Source of the DNA: a virus
IMG/VR virus record: IMGVR_UViG_3300022902_000004
Span: 126,268-190,267 of that record
DNA length: 64,000 bases
Strand: one strand, 5' to 3'
Shown here one piece after another: positions 26,575 to 36,156 of this stretch. A program made the translations under genes and the position numbers. The notes under the pieces are model-generated. The model saw nothing but the letters and a program-made list of their open reading frames with translations. It was not told the origin of the DNA and searched no databases. Each line of letters opens with the position of its first letter. Position 1 is the first letter of the stretch.

Positions 26575-28473
26575 CTAGATAACGTTCATGTCAAGACATG
26601 TCACAGTTCCGTAGAAATCGTTACGGACCATTTTCTTACCGTACCGAGTCATCACGCCCTTTCGAGGAGTGAAGTCTTCCGGTGCGAAGATGGTAGGAGT
26701 CACGATCAGCGGGACGTAAGGAGCGTAGACGTATCCTGTCTCCAGGTAGCTTCCGCCCTTGTATCCAACCAGAATCTGGTTGCGTGGGAAGTAAGGGTCC
26801 TTGTAAACCGAGAATCGATTCGACAGGGTACCAACCTTCTCAGCACCGATAACCATCGGGCCAACCTGTCCGTCAGCGTCAAGCGAGAAGCTTGGCTTGT
26901 ACAGGATTGAAGACTCGAAGATTGTTGCAACATCCGGGCCGACAACGATGAAGTTAGCCGAACCACGTAGCGTCTTACGATGAATCTCGTTAGCAACGTC
27001 GATGATGGTCTCGATAAGAGTCTCGTACCACTCTCGAACTGTACCGGTGAATGCCGGGCCAGGTGTCAACGAGTTTGTACGGTTGACTTCGATACCAGTC
27101 TGCTTGTTGAGGAACTTACCTGGGCTACGTGACCAGTAGAAGCGCGCAGCTCCAGCCTGTGTCAGCAAGTCATTCAAGATCTCTCGGTCAAGCTCCATTG
27201 CGATCTGCTCGGACAGGATGTGTGTCAGCTCAACCTCAGCGTCAAGGCTGTGGTAAGCGTTCAGGTCCTGTGCCATTTCTGGCGACCAGCGGGCACGCAA
27301 CTTACGAGTCTCAGCCACAACAGCGATTGACTCGATCTTGATGTCGATTTCTGGGATTGCAGGTGATGGGTCGACCGCGAAGTCAGACTCGAACGAAGGA
27401 ATGACCAACGTATCACCAGTGTTTGCAGCCGAATCGAGTGCAGCAGCCAATGGCTTAGCAAGCACGGTTGCAGGAGCAGCGAGGCCGCCCTGGTTAGCAC
27501 CAGACACAATCATCAAGAGCGCTGCGTTAGCATCGCCTGCCTTGACCAAGCCGTTAGGCGTGAAGTTTGTGCCGTCCCAGGTTCCCATCTGGTTCAATCG
27601 ACGGATGTTAGCTGTGCTACCACCCTGGATTGCGTTACCATTGGTGTCGTTTCCAACAACCTTGTATGGGGCCACTGGAGCCAACGAGAAGTCCTTAGAC
27701 AACGTAAGGTCAGCATCACCGAAGAGCGTACCACCTGAAGCCAACGAAACCACGAGTGCGTGATATACAGCAGAACCTGTAAGAGCACCCGGTCCGCCAC
27801 CAACTGGTGCCGCGTTGTTCTCGATTGCGTTTGTGATTTGCGGGTCGTACTGAAGCAACTTGCCGTCAGAACCTGTTGCAGCCAATGTTTTAGCATTGCT
27901 GAACACTGTTCCGGAACCGAAAGCACCTGATGCCGACAATGAAACTGCAGCAGTCACACCGTAAACTCGAGAGTAACCCGAGCCAGCAAGGTCGTACTGA
28001 CCACCAACGCCCTGCGAACCAGACTGAACGCCTTTACCCGCTGGGCTGTTGTAAATTGACGAACCTGAAGAATAAGGTGTCGCCGCGCCGACCGAACCTG
28101 CCATGTTTCCACCGTAGGTGTAGTCCATGTAGAAGAGCAGTCCGGAAGGAAGGCTCATTGGCTGGATCGAAACAAGGTCGTTCGCAATCAATCCACCGAA
28201 GACTCGGCGAACCAATGGGAATGCGATGTTTGTGAAACCACGAAGGTCACCAGACGAGGTTCCGTTAGCGCCACCGGTCGAAATCGATGATGCTTCCTTG
28301 ATAACCTGGCCAGCCTGACTTTCGAGCAAGCGCGCCATGTTCTCTCGTTTCGTGCCGTCAAGGCCGCGAAGAAGACCAGTACGGTTCCACTTCTCGATGA
28401 GTAGTTTGTTTTGCGAGCCGACGTGACGTTTTTGAATCCCCTCGGTTAGCATTTCTAGATTAAATGTAGACAT
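26575..28473 (-). CDS. major capsid protein (T4 gp23-like)
   Basis: 632 aa. IAFPLVRRVFGGLIANDLVSIQPMSLPSGLLF aligns with gp23 MVRRAIPNLIAFDICGVQPMNSPTGQVF. C-terminus YFPRNQILVGYKGG...GYVYAPYVPL...TRYG aligns with gp23 DYFTVGYKGP...GIYYAPYVAL...TRYG. Putative LLE|S processing site near residue 51. SD AAGGAG. Confidence 0.9.
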   Translation of the reverse strand: MSTFNLEMLTEGIQKRHVGSQNKLLIEKWNRTGLLRGLDGTKRENMARLLESQAGQVIKEASSISTGGANGTSSGDLRGFTNIAFPLVRRVFGGLIANDLVSIQPMSLPSGLLFYMDYTYGGNMAGSVGAATPYSSGSSIYNSPAGKGVQSGSQGVGGQYDLAGSGYSRVYGVTAAVSLSASGAFGSGTVFSNAKTLAATGSDGKLLQYDPQITNAIENNAAPVGGGPGALTGSAVYHALVVSLASGGTLFGDADLTLSKDFSLAPVAPYKVVGNDTNGNAIQGGSTANIRRLNQMGTWDGTNFTPNGLVKAGDANAALLMIVSGANQGGLAAPATVLAKPLAAALDSAANTGDTLVIPSFESDFAVDPSPAIPEIDIKIESIAVVAETRKLRARWSPEMAQDLNAYHSLDAEVELTHILSEQIAMELDREILNDLLTQAGAARFYWSRSPGKFLNKQTGIEVNRTNSLTPGPAFTGTVREWYETLIETIIDVANEIHRKTLRGSANFIVVGPDVATIFESSILYKPSFSLDADGQVGPMVIGAEKVGTLSNRFSVYKDPYFPRNQILVGYKGGSYLETGYVYAPYVPLIVTPTIFAPEDFTPRKGVMTRYGKKMVRNDFYGTVTCLDMNVI

Positions 28474-28516
28474 TATATGTTCTCCTTTGAACTTAAGTAT
28501 TGTTGTCTATGACTTT

Positions 28517-28534
28517 CGGCAAAATTATTTGCCG
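28517..28534 (-). promoter_or_regulatory. 7-bp stem / 4-nt loop hairpin (CGGCAAA-UAAU-UUUGCCG) whose loop contains the scaffold gene stop codon, 40 nt upstream of MCP start
   Basis: Perfect palindrome seen in sequence. Function unknown (possible RNA processing or stability element). Confidence 0.35.
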
Positions 28535-30267
28535 GGAAGACCTGCTAGGACTGCCCATCGACCTGCATCAACGCCACTTTTGGCAGGTTGTCCTGACCGG
28601 GTTGATCTGGAAGACGACCCGAGAGTCCTTTTTCCTTCACTCAGCATGTTGCCACCTTGGCCCCTACGAGTGAGTGACTCGGAGAGTGATTTGTAAAGCA
28701 GTTTTGCCTCACGGAGCGTCTTGGCATTATCGATCGCCTCAACAATTGCTCGCTGTTGTTTTACGGTTAGACCCTTGTTCTGGAGCAACTTGTTAGCAAA
28801 CAAGAGCTTCGCGTTGAACATGTTCATTTCAACCAGTTGTTTCTTCAACTTGGTTGCCGCTGTTTTGTATGTCTTTGCTTCTTTCATAGCACGTGAGTGG
28901 CCTCGCGATGGGCGAGCTGGACGTCGCCCTCGACCTTCAGCAACTCGACGACGACCAGCTCGTCGTCGACGACTTTCAGCAACACTACCAAGCTCATCCG
29001 CTAGGACGTTGATCAGTGTGTCTTCATCGATTTCAATCACGTCACCGAGAATCTTGCCATCACCAAACTGGTCGGCCTCATCTTCAGCGGCTTCGCGAAC
29101 CATTCGGCGTAGTTTTGAACGACCACGTGACTCTCGGATCTTGCGACCATTACCATTTCTCATGCGTGAAAGCTCCTTACGAAGAACCGACTCATCGATT
29201 TCGTATACTTCATCCAAGTCGTCAGACTCTTTCAGTCCGCTCCATGCAGACTCCTCAAGGTCAACGTCCAATTCTTCGACATCGTCGAACCCTTCTTCGC
29301 CACCTTCCTCATAGTCCATTTCGTCACCACCTTCGCCAGCAATCTCAAGGTCAAGACCAAGAGCAGAGCCTAGACTCTGTAGCGCAGCAGTTGCAGCGTC
29401 GACGTCAACATCGCCTGTTGGGACGCCTTCTTCTTCGACATCCAAATCAAGCTCTTCGCCCGAATCCTCGAGCCCACCATCAAGAACCTCAACGTCCTCT
29501 CCAGTTTCTTCCTGCTCGTTCACGGCGTCGTCCGCATCTTTCTTCTTCGATTCAGCGGCATCGCCCTCGAAAAGAAAGTCGAAAATGTTCTTTTTGTATT
29601 TACTTGACATTTCTCTCATCTCCTTAATGGTAGAATTCAGCTTTGCATGAAGGCGCCGATGACCCGTTCCACTCAATTTTACTTCATTCTGCAAGGACAC
29701 AGCGTCCTTAACACATGACATAAAACCCAGTTCTAATCGTTTTCTTTTAACGGTTGATAGTTTGCTCTCTCGGAGCACGCTCACCACATCGCCGAGTTTC
29801 TTAACTCGCTTCGATAGGGCGTCGATTTTTTCTTCAAGACGGCGTGGGGCGACGAAGTCCTTATTAATAAGGGAAGCAAGAACGTTTGCGCCGGCTTCAC
29901 CTAGCATCATTTCGTCGTGTGACTCTGATACGTTAATGTTTACGTCGCCTGCGGCGTGAACTGAAACAGAACCTGCCTGCGTGACTGCCTCTTGCGACGC
30001 AGCATCTTCGAAATCAACTCCGACATCTGGCATTCCGTCGAGCATGGATTCTAGATCGTAATCGTCTTCCATTCCGCCCATCGCGCCGTCGCCGTCTTCA
30101 TCAGAATCATCATCATCAACTTCGTCTTGTTCGAACAAGATTCTGTTGTTGATCATTTCCCTGATTTGCGGAGTTATCGTTTCCATAATTCGAGCCTGTG
30201 CAGCCTGTTCGGCTGCGTCTCGAATCTTTCGCGCGTCTAGCAATGCTTCGTCATATACTGTTGACAT
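28525..30267 (-). CDS. prohead scaffold protein (gp22-like, putative)
   Basis: 580 aa, strongly acidic (poly-D/E tracts), predicted helical/coiled coil. Immediately upstream of the MCP gene. Confidence 0.5.
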   Translation of the reverse strand: MSTVYDEALLDARKIRDAAEQAAQARIMETITPQIREMINNRILFEQDEVDDDDSDEDGDGAMGGMEDDYDLESMLDGMPDVGVDFEDAASQEAVTQAGSVSVHAAGDVNINVSESHDEMMLGEAGANVLASLINKDFVAPRRLEEKIDALSKRVKKLGDVVSVLRESKLSTVKRKRLELGFMSCVKDAVSLQNEVKLSGTGHRRLHAKLNSTIKEMREMSSKYKKNIFDFLFEGDAAESKKKDADDAVNEQEETGEDVEVLDGGLEDSGEELDLDVEEEGVPTGDVDVDAATAALQSLGSALGLDLEIAGEGGDEMDYEEGGEEGFDDVEELDVDLEESAWSGLKESDDLDEVYEIDESVLRKELSRMRNGNGRKIRESRGRSKLRRMVREAAEDEADQFGDGKILGDVIEIDEDTLINVLADELGSVAESRRRRAGRRRVAEGRGRRPARPSRGHSRAMKEAKTYKTAATKLKKQLVEMNMFNAKLLFANKLLQNKGLTVKQQRAIVEAIDNAKTLREAKLLYKSLSESLTRRGQGGNMLSEGKRTLGSSSRSTRSGQPAKSGVDAGRWAVLAGLPGK

Positions 30268-30308
30268 CCATAACCTCTTGCAACTAAGTATTCGGTAACT
30301 TTGGAAAA

Positions 30309-30827
30309 CTAACTTTCGTCTTCATTTTTTACCAAATCTTGCACTGAATAAATATGCTCTTCATTTTCAAAATCATCAGAATTTTCTTCTGCTGCAGGAA
30401 ATGATTCCGGTGGAGCTGATGCCCAACCCCTCAATGACCCTGTCCGTTTGTAATTAGAACCAGCCACACCGCCACTAGCACTCACGCCAGCATCATAGTT
30501 TGCCATCTCAATGATAACCTGTTCACAATCCCAGAAGCAGCCACACAAGCTATCTGTGCCTTCAGAAAAATAGTATGGATTCGGGCGGGAGCTGATGTGA
30601 AAACTGTCTGATGGGATAAACCCGGCACCCTTATTTGTAACAGCGTCGACGTCTAATTCGTCTGCGTCAGGTGCGTCTTTGTAAGGATCATCTTCAACGT
30701 ATGGAAATGATGAGCCAGATTCTTTCTCGTCATGAAATTGGGGTTCAAGCATGCCGAAGCCCAAGCCGGTTCTGGCGTCGGGTTTCGACATTGCTTCGTG
30801 GAGTTTGTCAATAATCATTTTTATCAA
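30309..30827 (-). CDS. hypothetical acidic head-module protein
   Basis: 172 aa within the head morphogenesis operon. N-terminal KLHE motif. Confidence 0.45.
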   Translation of the reverse strand: MIKMIIDKLHEAMSKPDARTGLGFGMLEPQFHDEKESGSSFPYVEDDPYKDAPDADELDVDAVTNKGAGFIPSDSFHISSRPNPYYFSEGTDSLCGCFWDCEQVIIEMANYDAGVSASGGVAGSNYKRTGSLRGWASAPPESFPAAEENSDDFENEEHIYSVQDLVKNEDES

Positions 30828-30840
30828 CTATTCCGATTGT

Positions 30841-31416
30841 CTATAGACGATCTTTTATCTGCTTAGCGGTGTTGGTTGGGTTTCGTGCAGGCTCAGCTTT
30901 CGTTCCATCAGATGGTAGCGAAACGCTAGCACCGGAGAATGGTGCACTTGGTGTCTGCTTGTTAACGAATCCTTCTGGGGCTGCGGCCATTGTAGATGGG
31001 TTGACACTTCCTTCACCAGGAGAAACAGGGTTGGGAACGAAAGGTGTTGCCGGAAGACCAGCGGCACCCGTCTTTACGCCATTCATGTCAGGAAGGTTTG
31101 TTGTCTTATCATTATAGTCAAGATGGAATTGTCCGAGACCGTAAGCCTCATCGTTGACATTTCCTTTCACGACGTTGTTGATGAACCACTTTCGGTATGC
31201 CGCAGCATCCGAAGTATCAATATCATCCTTCTCGCCGCCGACCTTGATTTTCGTTGGGGAGTAACCTGGAAGTGGAGAGCCCTTAAAAATAGATGTTAGA
31301 GCTGTAGCGTTTGCTTTGCCCATTGCACCTTCCGTGTTTAGGTTTCCACGATATCCCAACTTCTTGTCGGGCTCGATAGTAACCTGCTCTGATTTTTTAA
31401 TGACTTCAATCGCCAT
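30841..31416 (-). CDS. hypothetical head-module protein
   Basis: 191 aa, Pro/Gly-rich C-terminus. In head operon. Confidence 0.45.
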   Translation of the reverse strand: MAIEVIKKSEQVTIEPDKKLGYRGNLNTEGAMGKANATALTSIFKGSPLPGYSPTKIKVGGEKDDIDTSDAAAYRKWFINNVVKGNVNDEAYGLGQFHLDYNDKTTNLPDMNGVKTGAAGLPATPFVPNPVSPGEGSVNPSTMAAAPEGFVNKQTPSAPFSGASVSLPSDGTKAEPARNPTNTAKQIKDRL

Positions 31417-31445
31417 GATATTCCCCTTCTAGCTTAACCAAGTTC

Positions 31446-31724
31446 TTAGATTCGGCGACCAATTCGACGACGCAACTTTGATTTCTGCTCGCGCAATCGC
31501 TTGAGACCGCGAACCATCTTTGCTTCCTTGATCTTCAGTGCCTTGATAAAGTCAAGATCCTGCTCAAGCGTACCGGCCAGTGCGTCAGCATCAACTTCGT
31601 CAGCATTGACATCTTCTGCTTCCTTCTTGCCCTGCTCGATCGTTTCTAGTTTTAGTTTCCTAGCCTCTTGAATGATAATCTTCTTCAGGAAGCCAGGTGT
31701 AATTCGTCGTACTCTCTTTGCCAT
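31446..31724 (-). CDS. small charged prohead-core-like protein (gp67/gp68-like, putative)
   Basis: 92 aa, highly charged. N-terminal IIQE / KLE motifs resemble gp21 cleavage sites. SD AAGGAG. Confidence 0.4.
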   Translation of the reverse strand: MAKRVRRITPGFLKKIIIQEARKLKLETIEQGKKEAEDVNADEVDADALAGTLEQDLDFIKALKIKEAKMVRGLKRLREQKSKLRRRIGRRI

Positions 31725-31764
31725 AAAATTCTCCTTCGCCTTGTGGGCTCTTGTCTAAATATGC

Positions 31765-32337
31765 TTATGGAAGTTTTTTAGTCGTCGAACGCTCTAAAAC
31801 TTCGCTCCAATTCGCCGCGGCATCACCAAACAACGCATTGATGTCAAGACCGGCGGCAGCCTGGTGTTGAACAGGAGGTTGAGGCCGCCTTGTATACGCT
31901 GCCTCCGGCATGTTTTCCTGGACCATGCCATATGCATCTCGAGGGCCCGGCAAAGATGGTGCTGACATCCGAGGGACCGACGGCACATTTGTTTCGTGTT
32001 TCATTCGTTCGCGGTACGTTGTATTCGCCGTCTCATTCAAAATACTTTGAAGCATCACATCATCGGTTGCCATCGTTGCCAAGTTTGATGTGGTATCATT
32101 TCCACCAAAACGTTGCTGGAAAGACTCGTCCATTTGATCAAAAATGGATGTTCTTTTCTGCTGACGTTTTGGTTGACGCCGCTGTTGGCGTTGTGGGCGT
32201 CGCAATTCTTGCACAGGTTCTCGGCGACGTGAGCCCTCAGTTAGACTTTGCTGCGGAACGCCGAGCCCCTCACTTAGAAGTTCAACGAGGCATTCCTTGA
32301 TGAGACCCTTCAACGACGCCTTTGTCATTTTTGCCAT
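31765..32337 (-). CDS. prohead-core-like protein (putative)
   Basis: N-terminus MAKMTKASLKGLIKECLVELLSEGL has multiple (L/I)xE motifs. Gln/Arg-rich. Confidence 0.4.
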   Translation of the reverse strand: MAKMTKASLKGLIKECLVELLSEGLGVPQQSLTEGSRRREPVQELRRPQRQQRRQPKRQQKRTSIFDQMDESFQQRFGGNDTTSNLATMATDDVMLQSILNETANTTYRERMKHETNVPSVPRMSAPSLPGPRDAYGMVQENMPEAAYTRRPQPPVQHQAAAGLDINALFGDAAANWSEVLERSTTKKLP

Positions 32338-32741
32338 TATCCTACTCCTACGACACCGTTTGAACCTGACATTGTAAAGAAGTTCTTGCGGGGTATTGTT
32401 GTTAAACCGGCGACAATTGACACAATGTTTGGGTCTGTTCCGGCGTCTTTTCTTACGAAGACTTCATCGCACTTTAATTCAAGACGTGGTGTGTTACTCA
32501 TCGCCAAGACCAAAAAATAGTTTGATTCAGTTGGGTTTGCATTGACACCGTTTTCAGTAAACCCAACACGAACGGGTGTTGAACCCGAATTGAAAATCGT
32601 GACGTGCCTTGCCACGTATGGAAACGTGAACTTTTGTGGAGCTGTGTCCACCATAGATGCTGATGAGCTGACAAACGGTACTCCGGCTGCCTGATATTCG
32701 CTGACCATTCCGTGGCCAGGCGGTGCATATTGTTGACTCAT
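32337..32741 (-). CDS. hypothetical head-module protein
   Basis: 134 aa. ATGA overlap with the next gene. Confidence 0.45.
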   Translation of the reverse strand: MSQQYAPPGHGMVSEYQAAGVPFVSSSASMVDTAPQKFTFPYVARHVTIFNSGSTPVRVGFTENGVNANPTESNYFLVLAMSNTPRLELKCDEVFVRKDAGTDPNIVSIVAGLTTIPRKNFFTMSGSNGVVGVG

Positions 32742-33347
32742 TTACCACTCCAAAATGTCATTGAAGACTCTATCGATTCGGTCTGATTTCGTAAAGTGAC
32801 GGTTTAGATCCGCCCTTGTAAAGTCGCGGCCTTCTTTCATCATAAATGCGCCCGGTGTTGAGGGCTCACTAACGAAGTCCCAACAAATTAGTTGGAAGTC
32901 GTCCTGGACAACATCATAATCACCCTCTCTACTTGTTGATCCAACGCCGCGTGAAGAGATGCCTAATGTTACACCCGATTCTACAAGACTTTGCAGGATC
33001 TTTCCGCTTGGCGTGTCTAGCAATTCGACTAGACCGAAACATGTTTTGCCGTCCATCCACGCCTTACGAATGATATGCGACGAATTTTTTAGCTCTACAA
33101 CAGATGAATCAGGATGATCGCATTCGCCGAGGGCACGGTTCTCTTTAATAAACTTCTGATAGTTTCTCACCTCACGGGAAAGAATTGACTCTGGGTACAC
33201 GCGGCCGTTTTGGTTCAAGGTGTCTGCTTTTTGCAGAATACCCTTCATCACAATCTTACCGCCGTGCTGTTCACGGCTTTCCTTGATTTGATCTGCTGTA
33301 TAATCGAACTTCAGCCATTCTGTTAACAGGTTTCTACTTTTGCTCAT
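32742..33347 (-). CDS. prohead protease (T4 gp21-like)
   Basis: NGRVYPESILSREV...GRALGECDHPDSSVVEL..SH.I....G...GLVELLDTPSGKIL..L..GV.LGISSRGVGS matches the gp21 core. Start taken at MSKSRN (33347, SD GGAGA); ORF track extends to 33407. Confidence 0.85.
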   Translation of the reverse strand: MSKSRNLLTEWLKFDYTADQIKESREQHGGKIVMKGILQKADTLNQNGRVYPESILSREVRNYQKFIKENRALGECDHPDSSVVELKNSSHIIRKAWMDGKTCFGLVELLDTPSGKILQSLVESGVTLGISSRGVGSTSREGDYDVVQDDFQLICWDFVSEPSTPGAFMMKEGRDFTRADLNRHFTKSDRIDRVFNDILEW

Positions 33348-34176
33348 TTTTAATCTCCATTTCCTCGAGTAGGTGAACCAAGTGTAGTGTTTTCGCCACC
33401 GTATCATCAGATTTTGCCTCTGACAGCCTTTCGATTCTAGTTTTTACGTTATCGATTTTTTCGAGTAGGACGTTATTGTCACACGTTTTTTTGAACTCAT
33501 TGACAGTTATGAGAGCTTTCTTCTTAATCTCGCAAATGATTGTACTGAAATTGTTTTCGTCGCCAAGGATCGCTGATTCCAAAACGGCCTGCTGTTGTGT
33601 GCTCAGGTGCTCTTTATATTTTTCTTCGAATTTCTGGAACATCAGCTTACGAACAAGCGGGTCTGCTTCGAATGTTTCTTTCAAAACAGCAGTCGACGTG
33701 CGTGCCAGGTGCTCAACAATTTGTTCTTCGTATTTTGCCTTATTCGTCAATGAAAGAGAATCCATGCCTCGCCACTCATTGAGCATCGTCTGGACTGTTG
33801 CATACAATCTATAACTTTCGATCTTAATGTCGTAAAATCGTGCTGATTGTGAAAGGCCGTGGTTTATGTCCTTGATCAGATTTGATTTCTCTTTCCGAAG
33901 TTTTTGCGAGCTGTGAGTTATTGCTGATTTCTTGCTCTCGAGCAAAATACGTTCAGCCAAGCTCCGAGAGCCGACAGGGAGGTTCACCAACGCATTGAAG
34001 AGCCTAAACTCTCGGAAGAGCTCAGAGTCTTGCTTAAAATGCTTCGTAATAATCGCAATTGCTTTCTCTGCTGATTTCTTGTCGCGCGCTATTAGCGAGC
34101 TGGCAACGTATCTAATCAGCTGCTCGTGTATTAGACCGACATTGCGTTTTTTGTTGTGCTTTGTCATTATGATCAA
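33334..34176 (-). CDS. prohead core/scaffold-like protein (gp68-like position)
   Basis: 280 aa, helical/charged. N-terminal LIHE motif. Between portal and protease as in T4 (20-67-68-21). Confidence 0.4.
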   Translation of the reverse strand: MIIMTKHNKKRNVGLIHEQLIRYVASSLIARDKKSAEKAIAIITKHFKQDSELFREFRLFNALVNLPVGSRSLAERILLESKKSAITHSSQKLRKEKSNLIKDINHGLSQSARFYDIKIESYRLYATVQTMLNEWRGMDSLSLTNKAKYEEQIVEHLARTSTAVLKETFEADPLVRKLMFQKFEEKYKEHLSTQQQAVLESAILGDENNFSTIICEIKKKALITVNEFKKTCDNNVLLEKIDNVKTRIERLSEAKSDDTVAKTLHLVHLLEEMEIKNEQK

Positions 34177-36104
34177 TCCCCTGTGTTCAAATTCTCATTC
34201 AACAGATCTTCAGATAAAAGTTCCGTCCTATTACTACTTATCGAGTTTCCCATTGACGTGAACATTCTTTCTAAACTTCGTGTCATTTTTGGTGCCATAA
34301 TTGAATTTCTTCCTTCGGACTCGCCTAGGTTGAACAACGACTCTGCATCGAATGGTTTATTTAGCGAATCCTGTGAACGCCCTGCTTTACCTACACTCAC
34401 CATCTTTCCAAAATCGGGCATGTGTGTCTGCTCAGCACCACCTTTGACTTTTCTGTTTGGCTTGATCGGTCCACCAAAAGCATTTTTGATTTTCTTTGCG
34501 GCCTTTTCAGGGGCGTCGATGTCATCAATTGATAAATTCAGTCGGTCATCGTCTTCATCACTTTCAAGCTCAAACTCGTTTCCCGTCCCGGGAAGTGCAG
34601 TTAATAATGAACCGCCTGGCTTATCACCAGCGAATAGGTCGTCAGCGCTGTCTGCCGGACCGTCATCCATCATCTCATCACCGCCGGCGGCGGGTGCATC
34701 ATCGGCTGGTTCGCCAGCTGCTTCGACCTCCATATCCTCAAGTTTATCTGCAATCCGGCCCGCTTTGATTTCTGCAATTTGTGTTGGTGTCAAGCCGAAC
34801 ACATCACGCCTGACGTAATTCCTATCAACAACACTTTCTGGAGCGCTATTGGCGATATCAAATCGAGTTCGAATCAGCTCTAACTTCTGTTGTTGAGCAA
34901 CCGAGCTTGGGTTTGTCAATTTCAAATCGAAGTCGGCCAAATCTTCCTCGGCAAACCCGTGACAGTAAAGGTGAATCATTGCCAGGGTATTGAATTCGGC
35001 AATGATAGTCTTCTGGATTTTTGCAATTGTACGACTAAACCTGATGTCTTCCATTGCCAGTGTCGCTTTGGAGCCCACATCCTCATCATATCCAAGATAT
35101 GCTCTCGGGATTTTCAGTGCGGAAAACAGTTTCTTCTGGATGTATTCAACATCCTCAATTGCTGCTGCGTTGGAACCTCCGGCTAAGGTGTCGATCCTTG
35201 TTCCTGATTCTTGGCCTCGAACTGGCAGGAAATAATCCTCATCAACGCTGTATGGGTTGTAGCGGTAATCCATCTTGCCGTTATTCTTATCGATTGCAGG
35301 CTGGCGCTTCAGGCTCGAGACGGCGCCTTCCATGAAGTTCTCGATTTCATTCGGTGGAATGTTACCCACATCAATGTAGAAAACTCGGCGTTCAGGAGCA
35401 CGAATGATCCTGTAGACAAGCATGGCGTCTTCCATGAGAATCAGTTGACGCCAAATACGACGCGCTGACTCTAGGACAGACGAACCGTACGGCAAGAATG
35501 CATCATTACCAAGCAATCTAAAGTGAGAGACCTGCCATTTTTCGAGGATTTGATTCCCTTGTGTAATCCAGCGGAACCGGACAGCCATTGGATCTTCAGG
35601 ATCAAAGCCTTCCTCTCTTTCAATTTCGCTGATTGCAATTGGGTATGCATTTACAATGCCGAATTCTGGAGAAATGTCGTTGAAAATGAAAAAGTCGCCG
35701 TACTTGCAGAGATTGCGGACCCACATTGTCAAGTTGAAATCCACGTTCAGAATATCGTAGAAGAGCTCGCCAAGGATTTCCTGAATCCTGTTGTTCTCAG
35801 AATAGATGTGGAGGACCTTTCCCTTGTCGTCACAGCTCGCGGTTTCTTCAGCATAGATGTCGAGCGCGGAGCCAATCTCTGGTGTTGCCTCCATTTCTGA
35901 GAAATCGCTGTATCTGCTCATTCTGTCGTAGGAACCGTATGCCGACAACGTGCTGTTATAAACGTTGCTGTGTACTTTGCGGAAAGTTTCTAGCGATGTC
36001 GATGAACTCGGACCTGATACGTTCTTTACGCGGCGTCTAACGACCGGACCTGATCTGAACAATTTTGTTAGTCGGGTAAATAACGACCCTTTGATTTCAC
36101 TCAT
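34173..36104 (-). CDS. portal protein (T4 gp20-like)
   Basis: 643 aa. Motifs SALDIYAEET and LKIPRAYLGYDED resemble gp20. Acidic C-terminus. ATGA overlap downstream. Confidence 0.8.
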   Translation of the reverse strand: MSEIKGSLFTRLTKLFRSGPVVRRRVKNVSGPSSSTSLETFRKVHSNVYNSTLSAYGSYDRMSRYSDFSEMEATPEIGSALDIYAEETASCDDKGKVLHIYSENNRIQEILGELFYDILNVDFNLTMWVRNLCKYGDFFIFNDISPEFGIVNAYPIAISEIEREEGFDPEDPMAVRFRWITQGNQILEKWQVSHFRLLGNDAFLPYGSSVLESARRIWRQLILMEDAMLVYRIIRAPERRVFYIDVGNIPPNEIENFMEGAVSSLKRQPAIDKNNGKMDYRYNPYSVDEDYFLPVRGQESGTRIDTLAGGSNAAAIEDVEYIQKKLFSALKIPRAYLGYDEDVGSKATLAMEDIRFSRTIAKIQKTIIAEFNTLAMIHLYCHGFAEEDLADFDLKLTNPSSVAQQQKLELIRTRFDIANSAPESVVDRNYVRRDVFGLTPTQIAEIKAGRIADKLEDMEVEAAGEPADDAPAAGGDEMMDDGPADSADDLFAGDKPGGSLLTALPGTGNEFELESDEDDDRLNLSIDDIDAPEKAAKKIKNAFGGPIKPNRKVKGGAEQTHMPDFGKMVSVGKAGRSQDSLNKPFDAESLFNLGESEGRNSIMAPKMTRSLERMFTSMGNSISSNRTELLSEDLLNENLNTGD

Positions 36105-36156
36105 TTTTCTCCGTTCGTATGAATATCATCATATAATATGACAAAGTTCGCTTTTG

